Notes: generated from the letters alone by a model not told the origin. A stretch of 64,000 bases of DNA from an uncultured Planctomycetota bacterium (GCA_963823665.1 CAWGMQ010000008.1:960001-1024000), one strand, 5' to 3'. Counted from the stretch's first letter, positions 19,907-29,599 are shown. Numbers and translations are program-made.

Positions 19907-21118
19907 TCAAGACTTCCTGCCAGCCCTGAAACGCCAGGCTGCTCCGGCGAAGATCAATGCGAAAACGGCCAGCGATCCGGGCTCTGGGGTGATCACCTCG
20001 TATTGAGGGTCGCCTGGAGCGGCCAGACTTGTCGGCGTCAGCAAGACCTCGCTTTCGCTCGTAGCGGTGGTCGCCAGCGCGAGAATCTGTCCCAGATTGT
20101 TGATCGATTGGGCAAATTCAATCGTCCATCCGCTCTTCGGATCGATCAAGCTGTTCAGGTTGGTCATCACGCCATTGCTGTAAAGGAAGCCGTTGATCAC
20201 ATTGCCGGCAGCGTTGGAGACGTTGCCGACGATCTGCCCTTGCGCATTGATGGATGTCGCCGAACTGGTCGGAAAGCCCGGCAGTGCGCCGAGATCGACC
20301 ATCTTTCCATTCGCATACAGAAATGCATGATAGACCAGATTATTAGTCAGCGCGGAACTTCCGACGACCTGCCCGCTATCGTTGATCGCTGCTGCAGAGG
20401 CGGTTGTTCCGCCAAGCGTGCCGAGATCGATCGCCTTACCTCCCGTCACCAGAAACGGGTGACCCCAATATCCAGAGGTCGAACCTGCATTGAACGACAT
20501 GCTGTTTCCGATGAACGTGTTACCGACAACCTGGCCGGAGTTATTAATCGCCGTGGGAAAGCTCTGGTACGCACCCGCTAGCGCTGGCAGAACCTGCGTG
20601 CTGCCAGTGGCGGTGTTGTAGAGCACGGCCTGCACTGAGTTGGGCTGGCTGCCGTTGGTGGTGGCAATGATTTGTCCGGCGCTATTGAGGCCGAGTGCGT
20701 AGTATGGTATCTGCGTCGTCTGGCCATTTGCGTAAATGTACGATCCGAGCGCGGGCCCATATGGGTTTGGTCCGCCAGAGCCGGTGACCTGACCCAGATC
20801 GTTAATTGCTGACGGGCTACTATCGCGGACCACAGGAAAGTTGGTCGGAGCGATCGAGCCGCCTAGCGGGGTAACCGCGCCGCTGCCGCCGGGAGATCCG
20901 TCGTAAACGAATGCGTATCCTTGTTGCCAGTTGGGCCCTGGCTGCACCTCGCCTATAACTTGCCCCAAGTTATTCAGTGCCGGGGTAAAGTACGGATCGG
21001 TGCCCCGGTCGAAGTTGAGGACCGTGAGGTTATAGAGCGGGTCAGCCGAGGCTTCTCTCGTGAAAAGCGTGCTGCAGAGCAAGACGACGAGGACGGCCGC
21101 AACCGCGAGTTTCCGCAT
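19907..21118 (-). CDS. Secreted HAF-repeat protein with a PEP-CTERM sorting signal
   Basis: Signal peptide; repeats such as LGTLGGTTASAAAINDSGQVVG...HAFLY; C-terminal TPEPGSLAVFALIFAGAAWRFR. Confidence 0.92.
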   Translation of the reverse strand: MRKLAVAAVLVVLLCSTLFTREASADPLYNLTVLNFDRGTDPYFTPALNNLGQVIGEVQPGPNWQQGYAFVYDGSPGGSGAVTPLGGSIAPTNFPVVRDSSPSAINDLGQVTGSGGPNPYGPALGSYIYANGQTTQIPYYALGLNSAGQIIATTNGSQPNSVQAVLYNTATGSTQVLPALAGAYQSFPTAINNSGQVVGNTFIGNSMSFNAGSTSGYWGHPFLVTGGKAIDLGTLGGTTASAAAINDSGQVVGSSALTNNLVYHAFLYANGKMVDLGALPGFPTSSATSINAQGQIVGNVSNAAGNVINGFLYSNGVMTNLNSLIDPKSGWTIEFAQSINNLGQILALATTATSESEVLLTPTSLAAPGDPQYEVITPEPGSLAVFALIFAGAAWRFRAGRKS

Positions 21119-21227
21119 TGTTGGCTGGTCCCCTTCCCTGGGAATGCCGATACGTCGAACCGCTACCGCTCAGGGCCGCACATCATCGAATCCACGGCGG
21201 GATTCGTCAATACCGGAAGCTTCACAC

Positions 21228-22160
21228 TCACGAATTCGCATACAGCTTGCCATGATGCCGCGAAGTCGCCCACCGCGGCCGGCGGCGAAACCACCCCAGG
21301 TCCGGGGCGTGCGCGTGGTAAGTCAGCCCCATCATCCGGATCGACACCATGCCCAGATAAAGCACGAGCACCCAGTATCCCCACAGGGCGAGGGCCTCCA
21401 TCCACATCCGCGGCATCTTGTACAGGAGGCCAACCACTCCCAGCACGCTGAACGCCAGCGAGATGCCCGCCAGCAGGCAGGGCCAGAGGTAGGCCCAGCC
21501 GATGCGAATGATCCCCGCGACGACAGTGATCGGGTTCGCCGCGATGATGTTCACGTGCAGGAGCGCGGCCGCCAGCGCCATCTGGCCAAACCCGGCCGCC
21601 AGCATGATCATGAACGAGAAGACCAGGCAGTCGAACACGTCGATTTGCCCGCAGTTGAACCAGTAGACGACGATCGGTCCGGCCCCGACCAGCAAACCGA
21701 CGACCATCGCCCAGATCCAGCGCAGGAATCCTTCGGCGATGTCGGCCGGATGCCACTCCGGCCAGGTCGGGTGATCGTTCTCACCGAGCGAGCTCGCCAC
21801 CAGCACATGCCCCAGGAAAACAATCGCGTACCCAAAAATCATCAGGAAGCTGAAGACGACGGGAATCATCACCGGCACGACCATCAGCCCGAGCCTCCAG
21901 TCGCCCTTCGTCATGGGCTGGAGCACGGCGATGATATCGAAGATCGGCAGCGACAGAACCCACAACATCGGGGGAAAGAAAAAGAGCAATCCCAGCCCCG
22001 GCCCGTCGGTGAGAGGATAACGCAGGCACTCCCACAAAGTTGGGTCTACCCGCGGATGCCGCCACCGAATCGAGCAGTACGACTCGTTCGGGTCGTCCCG
22101 CGCGACGACCCGGACCGATACCGAGGCCTCGGGGTCGTACCAGCGTTTGGGTCTGCCCAT
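21228..22160 (-). CDS. Multi-pass membrane protein of unknown function (DUF4013-like)
   Basis: CLRYPL motif followed by about 6 TM helices. Confidence 0.7.
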   Translation of the reverse strand: MGRPKRWYDPEASVSVRVVARDDPNESYCSIRWRHPRVDPTLWECLRYPLTDGPGLGLLFFFPPMLWVLSLPIFDIIAVLQPMTKGDWRLGLMVVPVMIPVVFSFLMIFGYAIVFLGHVLVASSLGENDHPTWPEWHPADIAEGFLRWIWAMVVGLLVGAGPIVVYWFNCGQIDVFDCLVFSFMIMLAAGFGQMALAAALLHVNIIAANPITVVAGIIRIGWAYLWPCLLAGISLAFSVLGVVGLLYKMPRMWMEALALWGYWVLVLYLGMVSIRMMGLTYHAHAPDLGWFRRRPRWATSRHHGKLYANS

Positions 22161-22275
22161 CTCGACTTCATCCTGTGAAGCAAGATAGAGAACGTGCGCA
22201 CGTCCGACTCGCCCCCCGAGCCGGGGGGTTGACTCCTAATTATCTCGTACCGGCGGCCACGTTGCCAGAAGGCAG

Positions 22276-22674
22276 TTATTTCTTCTTGGCTTTTTCGCCG
22301 ATCATCTGGTCCAGGACGGACCGGACTTCCTTCGCCTGGCCGGGCTCGAGCGGATGGGATTTGAGGAGATGAAGCACAAGCAGTCCAGGCTCACCCTGGT
22401 AGAGTTTGTCAACGAGGCTCGTGAGCCGCCGTTGACGGACTTCCTGAGTCGAAATCACGGGTTTGTAAACGAACGCCAGCTCGCGGCGATCGCTGGTGAC
22501 CAGCCCTTTTGATTCAAGGCGGTCGAGGAGCGTGGCGACGGTCGCGTAAGACCACTCGCGTCCGGCGGCTTTCAGAGTGTCCATCGCCTCGCGAACGGTC
22601 GCGTGACCGAGGTCCCAGAGGACCTTGAGAACATCAAGCTCGGAGTCGGGTATTGTCGGTGGGCGTTTGGCCAT
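22276..22674 (-). CDS. BlaI/MecI/CopY family transcriptional repressor
   Basis: SELDVLKVLWDLGHATVRE...SYATVATLLDRLESKGLV...FVYKP. Confidence 0.92.
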   Translation of the reverse strand: MAKRPPTIPDSELDVLKVLWDLGHATVREAMDTLKAAGREWSYATVATLLDRLESKGLVTSDRRELAFVYKPVISTQEVRQRRLTSLVDKLYQGEPGLLVLHLLKSHPLEPGQAKEVRSVLDQMIGEKAKKK

Positions 22675-22812
22675 CGGGTGTCGTCTCGACGATTAGAAAC
22701 AGATGATCCCCATGCTCGCCATGGGTATGCTCCGACCATCCGTCCTGGGGCTCGTCTGACCGGAGCGTGCCGACCCTGATAGCAAGGTCTGATCCTGTCG
22801 AAACGTATCCTA

Positions 22813-22824
22813 AGACAAATGTCT
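22813..22824. promoter_or_regulatory. Candidate BlaI/CopY-type operator AGACA-AA-TGTCT
   Basis: Palindrome resembling the TACA-NN-TGTA box, ~140 nt upstream of the repressor gene. Confidence 0.45.
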
Positions 22825-23030
22825 CATGAGGTCAATCCCCCCCGAATGAAAAACCAGAAAGCGTTGGACAACGTGCGGTTCCCGGAGACGAAAGAACAAT
22901 GATGATGATGACCCGCCGAGGCGACGCTACTGGCACGCCGTCCATTCTCCTGGTACCATGATTTGCGTCTATCGACGAGACGCCGTTGACTAGCCGTTGT
23001 TGGCTAGCCGTTCCTGATCCCCGGTTGCAA

Positions 23031-23630
23031 ATGAAACCCACCAGGGCTGAACTCGTTTCCCTCTCGTCCAACACATCCGTCAGCTTGCTCGAACGCGTGA
23101 AGGCGCGCGACGAAGCAGCCTGGGGGCGGTTGGCGCACCTCTATGGGCCTATGGTCTATCGATGGGCGCGCAAGGCCGGGATTCAAGCCACTGATGCCCA
23201 GGACGTGGTTCAAAACGTCTTCCTGGCGGTGGCGTCAGACATCCAGCGGTTTGACCGCGCCCGGGTCAGCGACAGCTTTCGCGGGTGGCTGTGGACGATC
23301 TGTCGCCACAAGGTCCTCGATCATTTTCGAGAGAAGAAGCACGAGGCCTTTGCATCAGGCGGCACGACCGCGCAGCAACGTTTGCAGCAATTCGTCCTGC
23401 CGGAGCCCGGCGCCGAACAGAACACCGAAATGTGCCGGCTCCGACACCGGGCGGTCGCGATGCTCCGCGATCAGTTCGAGAATCATGTCTGGGAAGCATT
23501 CCTGCGGACCGCGGTGCACGGCGATCGCCCGGTCGATGCGGCCAGGGACCTGGGCATTTCGGTCGCGACCGTCTACCGGGCCAGGTTTCGCGTCCTCGCG
23601 CAGTTGCGAACCGAGCTGGAGGGTTTCTGA
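23031..23630 (+). CDS. ECF sigma factor, kinase-associated planctomycete type
   Basis: TSVSLLERVK...AWGRLAHLYGPMVYRW...DAQDVVQNVF...SFRGWLWTI...LGISVATVYRARFRV. Confidence 0.92.
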   Translation: MKPTRAELVSLSSNTSVSLLERVKARDEAAWGRLAHLYGPMVYRWARKAGIQATDAQDVVQNVFLAVASDIQRFDRARVSDSFRGWLWTICRHKVLDHFREKKHEAFASGGTTAQQRLQQFVLPEPGAEQNTEMCRLRHRAVAMLRDQFENHVWEAFLRTAVHGDRPVDAARDLGISVATVYRARFRVLAQLRTELEGF

Positions 23631-23694
23631 TCCGGCATCCGGCAGGCGAACAGCCCGCCGCTCAGGTTTCAAAGCCGGGCTACAAGGAGCGGGC

Positions 23695-25917
23695 ATGGTC
23701 GGAGAGGATTGTCCCAAAGACGTCGAATTGCTCGCCTGGTTGCAAGACCCGTTCGGCTCCGAGCGGTGCCAGCCAATCGCCGCCCACATCGACGCCTGCT
23801 CTGCCTGCCAGACCACACTCGCGCAACTCGACGCCGCCCTGGAAGAGGATCCGGGAAGAGCCGCGGACGACGATCTGCTCGCCGACCTGCGGCGCCCGGA
23901 GCCGGCGGATGAGCTCGAGCGCGAGCCCGAGTGTTCCGTGGCATGCACCCTCGCCGAAACGGCAGCGATTTCCCGATCGGTTCCCGCGGGTGTTTCCCGC
24001 CAGCCGGATGCTTCCGACGTCCTCGCCATTACGCAACAAGGCCGCTACGAAATCCTCGGCGTTCTGGGCCATGGCGGCATGGGCGTCGTCTACAAGGCGC
24101 GCAACCTCAAGATGAATCGGCTGGTCGCGATCAAGGTGCTGCCGCCTCTAAAGCCGCAAGACCCCGGAGCCGCCGCACGTTTCGAGCGCGAAATCCAGAC
24201 GCTCGCCCAGCTCAAGCACCCGCACATCGTCACCGCCTACGATGCCGACGAGGCCGACGGCAAGCATTTCCTGGTGATGGAGTACATCGACGGCTCGGAC
24301 TTGAAGACCGTGGTGCAGACCCAGGGCCCGCTGCCCGTGCTCAGGGCCGTACAGATCATTCTTCAGGCGGCGCAGGGGCTGCAATACGCCCACGAACAGG
24401 GGATCGTCCACCGCGATATCAAGCCGGCCAATCTGATGCTGGAGCAAAACGGCAGCGTGAAAGTGCTGGATCTCGGGCTGGCCCGCATCGAGAGCAATGC
24501 GGCGAACCAGGCCGACCTGACCGTGACAGGAATGATGATGGGCACGGTCGACTACCTGGCCCCGGAACAAGCCGCCAGCGCCAGGAACATCGACGGGCGT
24601 GCCGACATCTACAGCCTCGGCTGCTCGCTCTATTACCTCCTGACCGGTGCGCCGCTCTACGACGGCGACACCGTCATCCAGAAGGTGCTGGCCCACCGTG
24701 AGGAGCCGATCCCGGCGCTGGGCGAGGCTCGCCCGGATTGCCCCGCGCTCCTGGAACAAGTGTTCGCGCGCATGGTGGCCAAGCGGCCCGACGATCGCTA
24801 CCCAAAGATGGCCGATGTCATCGCCGATCTGGAAAGAATTCTCGCCTCCCCGGAGAGTTTCACGCCGCAGCCCTCCGGCGTCCCGACCGAGGCCGCGGTT
24901 TCACCAATGAGCCGAGGTGGGTGGCGGCGAATCCTCGGAAAACGCCGGGTGATGTTGGCAGTCGTGGCTGTGGTCTCGGTTGCTGCTTGTGCTGCGCTGA
25001 TTCCGCCGCTCGTCAAACGCCTGGGCTCGCGAGCTGGTTCCGAAGTTTCCCGCGAGAAGAAAGACTCGCCGCCAGGCTCGAAAGGAGCAGCCCCTGGCAA
25101 AGACTCGCCGGGCGCGCTGGCCAGCGGCGCCCATGCGGGCGAGGAGTGGGACAGCGACGCGTTGCACATGAAGTTCTGCTGGTGCCCGCCCGGGAAGTTC
25201 CTCATGGGCAGTCCCAAGAACGAGGCTGGCCGGGCCGAATTCGAAAGCCCCCAGGTTGAGGTCGAGTTGACGCAGGGATACTGGCTGGGCAAATTTGAAG
25301 TCACGCAGGACGAGTGGCAGCAAATGATGGGCACGAAGCCAAGCCGGTTCCACGGGGCCAAAACGCTCCCCGTCGAGAACATCTCGTGGAAGGAAGCCAG
25401 CAAGTTCTGTGAGCTGCTGACGCAGCAGGAGCGGGCTCGGGGCTCAATTCCTGCGGGATGGGAGTTTCGCCTGCCCACGGAGGCGCAGTGGGAATATGCC
25501 TGCCGCGCCGGCACAACCACGGCTTACAGCTTCGGCCCATCCACCGAGGGCCTGGGCGACTACATGTGGTACAGCTACAACTCGCAAATCCACACAAATG
25601 AAGTTGGCCGGAAGCAGCCGAACGCATGGGGCTTCCACGACATGCACGGCAACGTGTGGGAGTGGTGTCGCGACTGGTTTCAGAACAAGCTTCCGGGGGG
25701 CGTAGACCCCTTGGTCACCGAGGTGGGCACCGGCCGGGTGTTTCGCGGCGGCGGCTGGGAGTCGGCCGCGCATCTCTGCCGCACAGCCTTCCGCAGTGGC
25801 CAGGTGCCCGATGAGGCAGGCCACGTCCTCGGCTTTCGCGTCGCCCTGGTCGAGGTGTCCACCGCCGGCCGCGATGCGCCCACCCAGCCGCCCCCAGAAG
25901 AACGCGGCCACCCGTAA
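23695..25917 (+). CDS. Ser/Thr kinase with N-terminal zinc-binding motif, TM helix and C-terminal FGE-sulfatase (SUMF1) domain
   Basis: HIDACSAC; LGHGGMGVVY, HRDIKPAN, LDLGLA, GTVDYLAPEQ; FLMGSP...FRLPTEAQWEYACRAG...PNAWGFHDMHGNVWEW...GFRV. Confidence 0.95.
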   Translation: MVGEDCPKDVELLAWLQDPFGSERCQPIAAHIDACSACQTTLAQLDAALEEDPGRAADDDLLADLRRPEPADELEREPECSVACTLAETAAISRSVPAGVSRQPDASDVLAITQQGRYEILGVLGHGGMGVVYKARNLKMNRLVAIKVLPPLKPQDPGAAARFEREIQTLAQLKHPHIVTAYDADEADGKHFLVMEYIDGSDLKTVVQTQGPLPVLRAVQIILQAAQGLQYAHEQGIVHRDIKPANLMLEQNGSVKVLDLGLARIESNAANQADLTVTGMMMGTVDYLAPEQAASARNIDGRADIYSLGCSLYYLLTGAPLYDGDTVIQKVLAHREEPIPALGEARPDCPALLEQVFARMVAKRPDDRYPKMADVIADLERILASPESFTPQPSGVPTEAAVSPMSRGGWRRILGKRRVMLAVVAVVSVAACAALIPPLVKRLGSRAGSEVSREKKDSPPGSKGAAPGKDSPGALASGAHAGEEWDSDALHMKFCWCPPGKFLMGSPKNEAGRAEFESPQVEVELTQGYWLGKFEVTQDEWQQMMGTKPSRFHGAKTLPVENISWKEASKFCELLTQQERARGSIPAGWEFRLPTEAQWEYACRAGTTTAYSFGPSTEGLGDYMWYSYNSQIHTNEVGRKQPNAWGFHDMHGNVWEWCRDWFQNKLPGGVDPLVTEVGTGRVFRGGGWESAAHLCRTAFRSGQVPDEAGHVLGFRVALVEVSTAGRDAPTQPPPEERGHP

Positions 25918-25973
25918 GAACCGCAATGGGCGAGACGTGGAACGTGATGTGAGCTGCGCGGGCGGTGGCCGCG

Positions 25974-27020
25974 CTAAGGTTGCTTGAAGAGATCAACTCC
26001 GATACTCGTATTTAAGAAACCATACTCCATGGCATCACGGGCCCGGTGGGGCGCGACGCCCCTACCGAGATACGCTGTGTAGTAGTCGAGTGCATACCTT
26101 CTCTCCTGGTACCCACCAGCGCGCGAGCAGTCATAACGTATCCACGGAACATCACTTCCCGCGCTATAGAAGATTTGCGCAAACCCCGGGTCGAGCGCAT
26201 TGGAGTCCCAGTCGCCGCCTCCCCACCTGACCTGAAATGTTATTGTGTGGTCTGATTGATTTTCAATACTAATTATTCGATATATCTTGATAGATTGGAG
26301 AATGGAGCTGATCTCTTTGCGGTGGACTCCGACTGTTTCGAAGCCCCCATCGCCGCCGACCGACTCGTCGATTCCCACGACCTCGGCGTCGTCATTGAGT
26401 ATGGGGCCGCCGCTGTTGCCGGGGAAGGTGTCCGACGCAAAAAACACGGCATGAAAATTCACGTGATAACCATCGGCAAACGTGTTGGAAAAGGAACCGG
26501 CGCTCGAGAACTTGCCGATCGAGAGTCGCCAGAGGTCCCTGTCCGCGGGGTTGCCGAGAATGCAAAGCGTGTCCCCATCCCGGGGATCGTGGTCGGCCAG
26601 AAGAAGCTGGTGGACCGCCGGCGAGAGCCGGCCCACCGCCAGGACCGCCAGATCCCTCCGGCGGTCACGCGCGACCACACGGCCCACGGAGTGCCCCGCC
26701 ACGCGTGTCAGCTCATCGACGTGGTCTAGATAATATTGCTTGTCGAGAATCACTTTGTCATTTTCGTCGTGCGTGGGGAAGTATACGGACGCGGTGCTTT
26801 CCGCACCCATGACATGATGGCTCGTGACCACCAACCTTCGTTCCGTGTCCGCGACATAGCCGCTGCCGAACACGTAATGTCCGTCGGGAAATTGGTTCGC
26901 GATCAAGACCAGGCCGTCGAGCGAGCGTTTGTAGACGTCTGTGGGAGTGGCGGCCGACGTCAATCCTACAATGGCAGCTATAACAATAATGTTGTATCTA
27001 TTCGATAGTTGTTTATCCAT
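25974..27020 (-). CDS. Secreted trypsin-like (S1) serine protease with an unknown C-terminal domain
   Basis: Catalytic triad motifs VTSHHV, RDLAVL and PGNSGGP; N-terminal hydrophobic signal. Confidence 0.88.
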   Translation of the reverse strand: MDKQLSNRYNIIVIAAIVGLTSAATPTDVYKRSLDGLVLIANQFPDGHYVFGSGYVADTERRLVVTSHHVMGAESTASVYFPTHDENDKVILDKQYYLDHVDELTRVAGHSVGRVVARDRRRDLAVLAVGRLSPAVHQLLLADHDPRDGDTLCILGNPADRDLWRLSIGKFSSAGSFSNTFADGYHVNFHAVFFASDTFPGNSGGPILNDDAEVVGIDESVGGDGGFETVGVHRKEISSILQSIKIYRIISIENQSDHTITFQVRWGGGDWDSNALDPGFAQIFYSAGSDVPWIRYDCSRAGGYQERRYALDYYTAYLGRGVAPHRARDAMEYGFLNTSIGVDLFKQP

Positions 27021-27173
27021 TTGGATTGTCTCATTGTAGCCCGCACTTTCTCCCAAAACGTGGTGGCCCCCTGGACGAGCGAGCCCGCGGGGCGTGCCGC
27101 GGGCCCCATGTTAGACCTCGATCCGAAATCGGATGCCACCGCTTCGATCATCAGGGCGTGCTTGCCCGCGGGC

Positions 27174-29279
27174 TCATCGTAATCGCCACTCCGCACTTCG
27201 ACTTTCGGGCTCGGACCCACCAGAGTCGGCCGGCGCTTCGGCCTCGGGCTCGGCCGGCGTTTCGGCCTCGGGCTCGGCCGGCGTTTCGGCCCCGGGCTCG
27301 GCCCCGGAGTCGGCCGGCATTTCGGCCTCGGGCTCGGCCGGCGTTTCGGCCCCGGGCTCGGCCCCGGAGTCGGCCGGCATTTCGGTCTCGGGCTCGGCCC
27401 CGGAGTCGGCGGGCATTTCGGCCTCTTTCTCACCCTCCTCAGCGCCCTCCATTTCGCCCTCCTCGGCGCCCTCCATTTCGCCCTCGTCGCCACCGGGCTC
27501 GTCCGCGGGCTTGGCATCCTCGTCCGCGGGCATGGCATCCTCGTCGGCGGGCTTGGCATCCTCGTCCGCGGGCTTGGCATCCTCGTCCACGGGCTTGGCA
27601 TCCGCCTCCGCAGGCTTGGCATCCGGCTCCGCAGGCTTAACGGGAGGTTCAACAGCGGGCTTCGCGTCCTTACCGGCGTCCTTGCCAGGTTCAAGTGGTT
27701 TAACGTCGTTCCCTTCCCGATGGAATCCTTTCTCCCGGTCGATTTCCTTGCCGTCCTTTTTAGTTACTGTGTCATCCTTTCCTCTCGTAAAATTTCCGGC
27801 GCTATCTTTGCTTCCGTAGGCTCCCCCCGTGATCTCGGTGCCACCGTCCTTGTCCTTGGGCTTATCATCCTTGGGGGTATCGCCGGGCTTGCCGGTCTGG
27901 TTGGGCGGCAAATTAACGGTAACATTTTGGTTCTGATTCTGGCCCTGGTTGCTCCGGTTGTTGCTCATGGCGCCGCTGAGGGCTTTGCCGAGGCCGCTGG
28001 CGATGGCGCTGCCGATCCCGGCGCCGCCGACCCCGCCGCCGCCGACTGCGCGGCCGCCACCGCCGCCTCCGCCGACCCCGCCGCCGCCGACTGCGCGTCC
28101 GCCACCGCCGACCCCGCCGCCGCCGACTGCGCGGCCGACTCCGCCACCGCTGACTGCGCGGCCGCCGCCGCCGAATCCACCGCCTCCGAGTCCGCCGCCT
28201 CCGAGTCCGCCGCCTCCGAGTCCGCCGCCTCCGAGTCCGCCGCCTCCGAGTCCATTACCGGGGCCCCCGCCGTTGCCGGCAACAGGGCCAGGTTTCTGCG
28301 TGTCGACCTTCGGCCTGGTCACGGCACCAGCCAATGTTCGCGGTTTGGGCAGATTGGCTCCGACCACCATCCGGGTCACCTGCTGGGGGTCGGTCTTGCT
28401 TGCCACATTCGCATAGACAAGTGAAACGCCTTTGGCGGTGCCGTATTCGTACTTGACATCGGCCACGCGTTCGAACGTGCGCTCATTCCGCGGCGCCTTG
28501 GCATTCACAAGGCGCGGCGTAGGGTCCCAAGTCCGGCAATCCGCCTGGCCGAAGGGGAGAGGGGGCCCCATGTAACTCGAGTGGGTGTTGAAACCGCCGG
28601 TGTTGTCGTTGAGCGCACGGAAGCCCACGTAAGTCGGTGCGCCCGCGTGGACGGTTCCCGACCGGCAGAAGGTATAGGGCTCAACGTTGCCACTGGCGGC
28701 CGCGCTGTAGGTCGTCTGGATTTCCGGTTTCGCCTTTCCCGGCAGGCAGCCGACAACCATCCGTGCGAGCTGCTTGCCGTCGGCCTTGTTCGTCACGGTG
28801 GCATAGACCAGGGCGATATTCCGCTGGCGTTCGTATCCGAACTCGATGTCCACGACGGCGTTCTTTGTGTAAGACGCTTTCGGAAGATCGCCGCTCAGTT
28901 TGAGAGCGGGACTCTTTGACCAGGTACTGGCGGGCTTGAGGCGGGCTTTTTCCACGCTGGCGAGGCTATTCACCCAGTGGTGGTAAACCATGAAGCCGTC
29001 GTCGCCCGTCTTGAGCGCGCGAAAAATCATGTAGGAGGTGCCGCCGGTGGCGGTGGACCCAATCGGGCAGTAAGTGAACGCGGTGGACTTCGCCTCCGCG
29101 GCCCCAAGCTTCTTCAGATCCGGGGGAGGCAGCTTCGCCTTCGGCGTCTGCGCGTTTGCTGTTGCTTTTGGCGGCGCCGCCGTGGGCGCGGCCGGTGCTT
29201 CCTGAGCCATGGCTGGGCGCGGCAGGAGGGGCAAAATGCCGATGCCCAAGGCGACGATCAGACGCGTACGGACCCTCAT
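27174..29279 (-). CDS. Secreted hypothetical protein: duplicated unknown domain, Gly-rich tract and acidic repeat tail
   Basis: Signal peptide ending AMA-Q; GGAG RBS; two homologous ~130-aa units; GGGGL and KPADEDA/PADSGAEP repeats. Confidence 0.8.
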   Translation of the reverse strand: MRVRTRLIVALGIGILPLLPRPAMAQEAPAAPTAAPPKATANAQTPKAKLPPPDLKKLGAAEAKSTAFTYCPIGSTATGGTSYMIFRALKTGDDGFMVYHHWVNSLASVEKARLKPASTWSKSPALKLSGDLPKASYTKNAVVDIEFGYERQRNIALVYATVTNKADGKQLARMVVGCLPGKAKPEIQTTYSAAASGNVEPYTFCRSGTVHAGAPTYVGFRALNDNTGGFNTHSSYMGPPLPFGQADCRTWDPTPRLVNAKAPRNERTFERVADVKYEYGTAKGVSLVYANVASKTDPQQVTRMVVGANLPKPRTLAGAVTRPKVDTQKPGPVAGNGGGPGNGLGGGGLGGGGLGGGGLGGGGLGGGGFGGGGRAVSGGGVGRAVGGGGVGGGGRAVGGGGVGGGGGGGRAVGGGGVGGAGIGSAIASGLGKALSGAMSNNRSNQGQNQNQNVTVNLPPNQTGKPGDTPKDDKPKDKDGGTEITGGAYGSKDSAGNFTRGKDDTVTKKDGKEIDREKGFHREGNDVKPLEPGKDAGKDAKPAVEPPVKPAEPDAKPAEADAKPVDEDAKPADEDAKPADEDAMPADEDAKPADEPGGDEGEMEGAEEGEMEGAEEGEKEAEMPADSGAEPETEMPADSGAEPGAETPAEPEAEMPADSGAEPGAETPAEPEAETPAEPEAEAPADSGGSEPESRSAEWRLR
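27225..27635 (-). repeat. Coding tandem repeats with 21-nt (KPADEDA), 24-nt and 60-nt units
   Basis: GGCTTGGCATCCTCGTCCGCG-type units and a duplicated EMPADSGAEPGAETPAEPEA block. Confidence 0.85.
28177..28251 (-). repeat. 15-nt tandem repeat (CCGCCGCCTCCGAGT) x5 encoding GLGGG
   Basis: Direct inspection of the sequence. Confidence 0.9.
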
Positions 29280-29599
29280 GACGTGGACTCCGGTGATGGG
29301 TGAAGAACCTGCCCGCCCGCTACCATTACGGGTGAATGCGCTGGACGCACCTGGATCTCCAGCAGAGATCTACCGCTGTCTTAGATCAGCGGAACTCTTT
29401 CGCACGGGAAGGGCGTTTTCGCTGTGCGGGGACTTGTAAGCGGAGATGTGCCAGGCATTTAAAAACTTCGAAAATCTTTTGGGCGGCAGCAACACGGCAA
29501 GGATCCCGGTGGTGCCGATACCCGTGAGCCCGAGCCGGCGTAGGACGACGGCGGATCGGCCGACGACCCAGAGATCGCCTCAACTTCTCGCCGTTAGAG

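Noticed and set aside
25700..25917. FGE-sulfatase C-terminus as a diversity-generating retroelement target
   Set aside because: The fold fits known DGR targets, but I saw no template repeat or reverse transcriptase in the window
27174..28300. Tandem repeats as a CRISPR array
   Set aside because: Units abut without unique spacers, are multiples of 3 and lie inside a coding frame; no cas genes are present
27949..28416. Pro-rich plus-strand ORF and Ala/Ser-rich alternative-frame ORFs
   Set aside because: Shadows of the Gly-rich repeat in the minus-strand gene, which has the RBS and signal peptide
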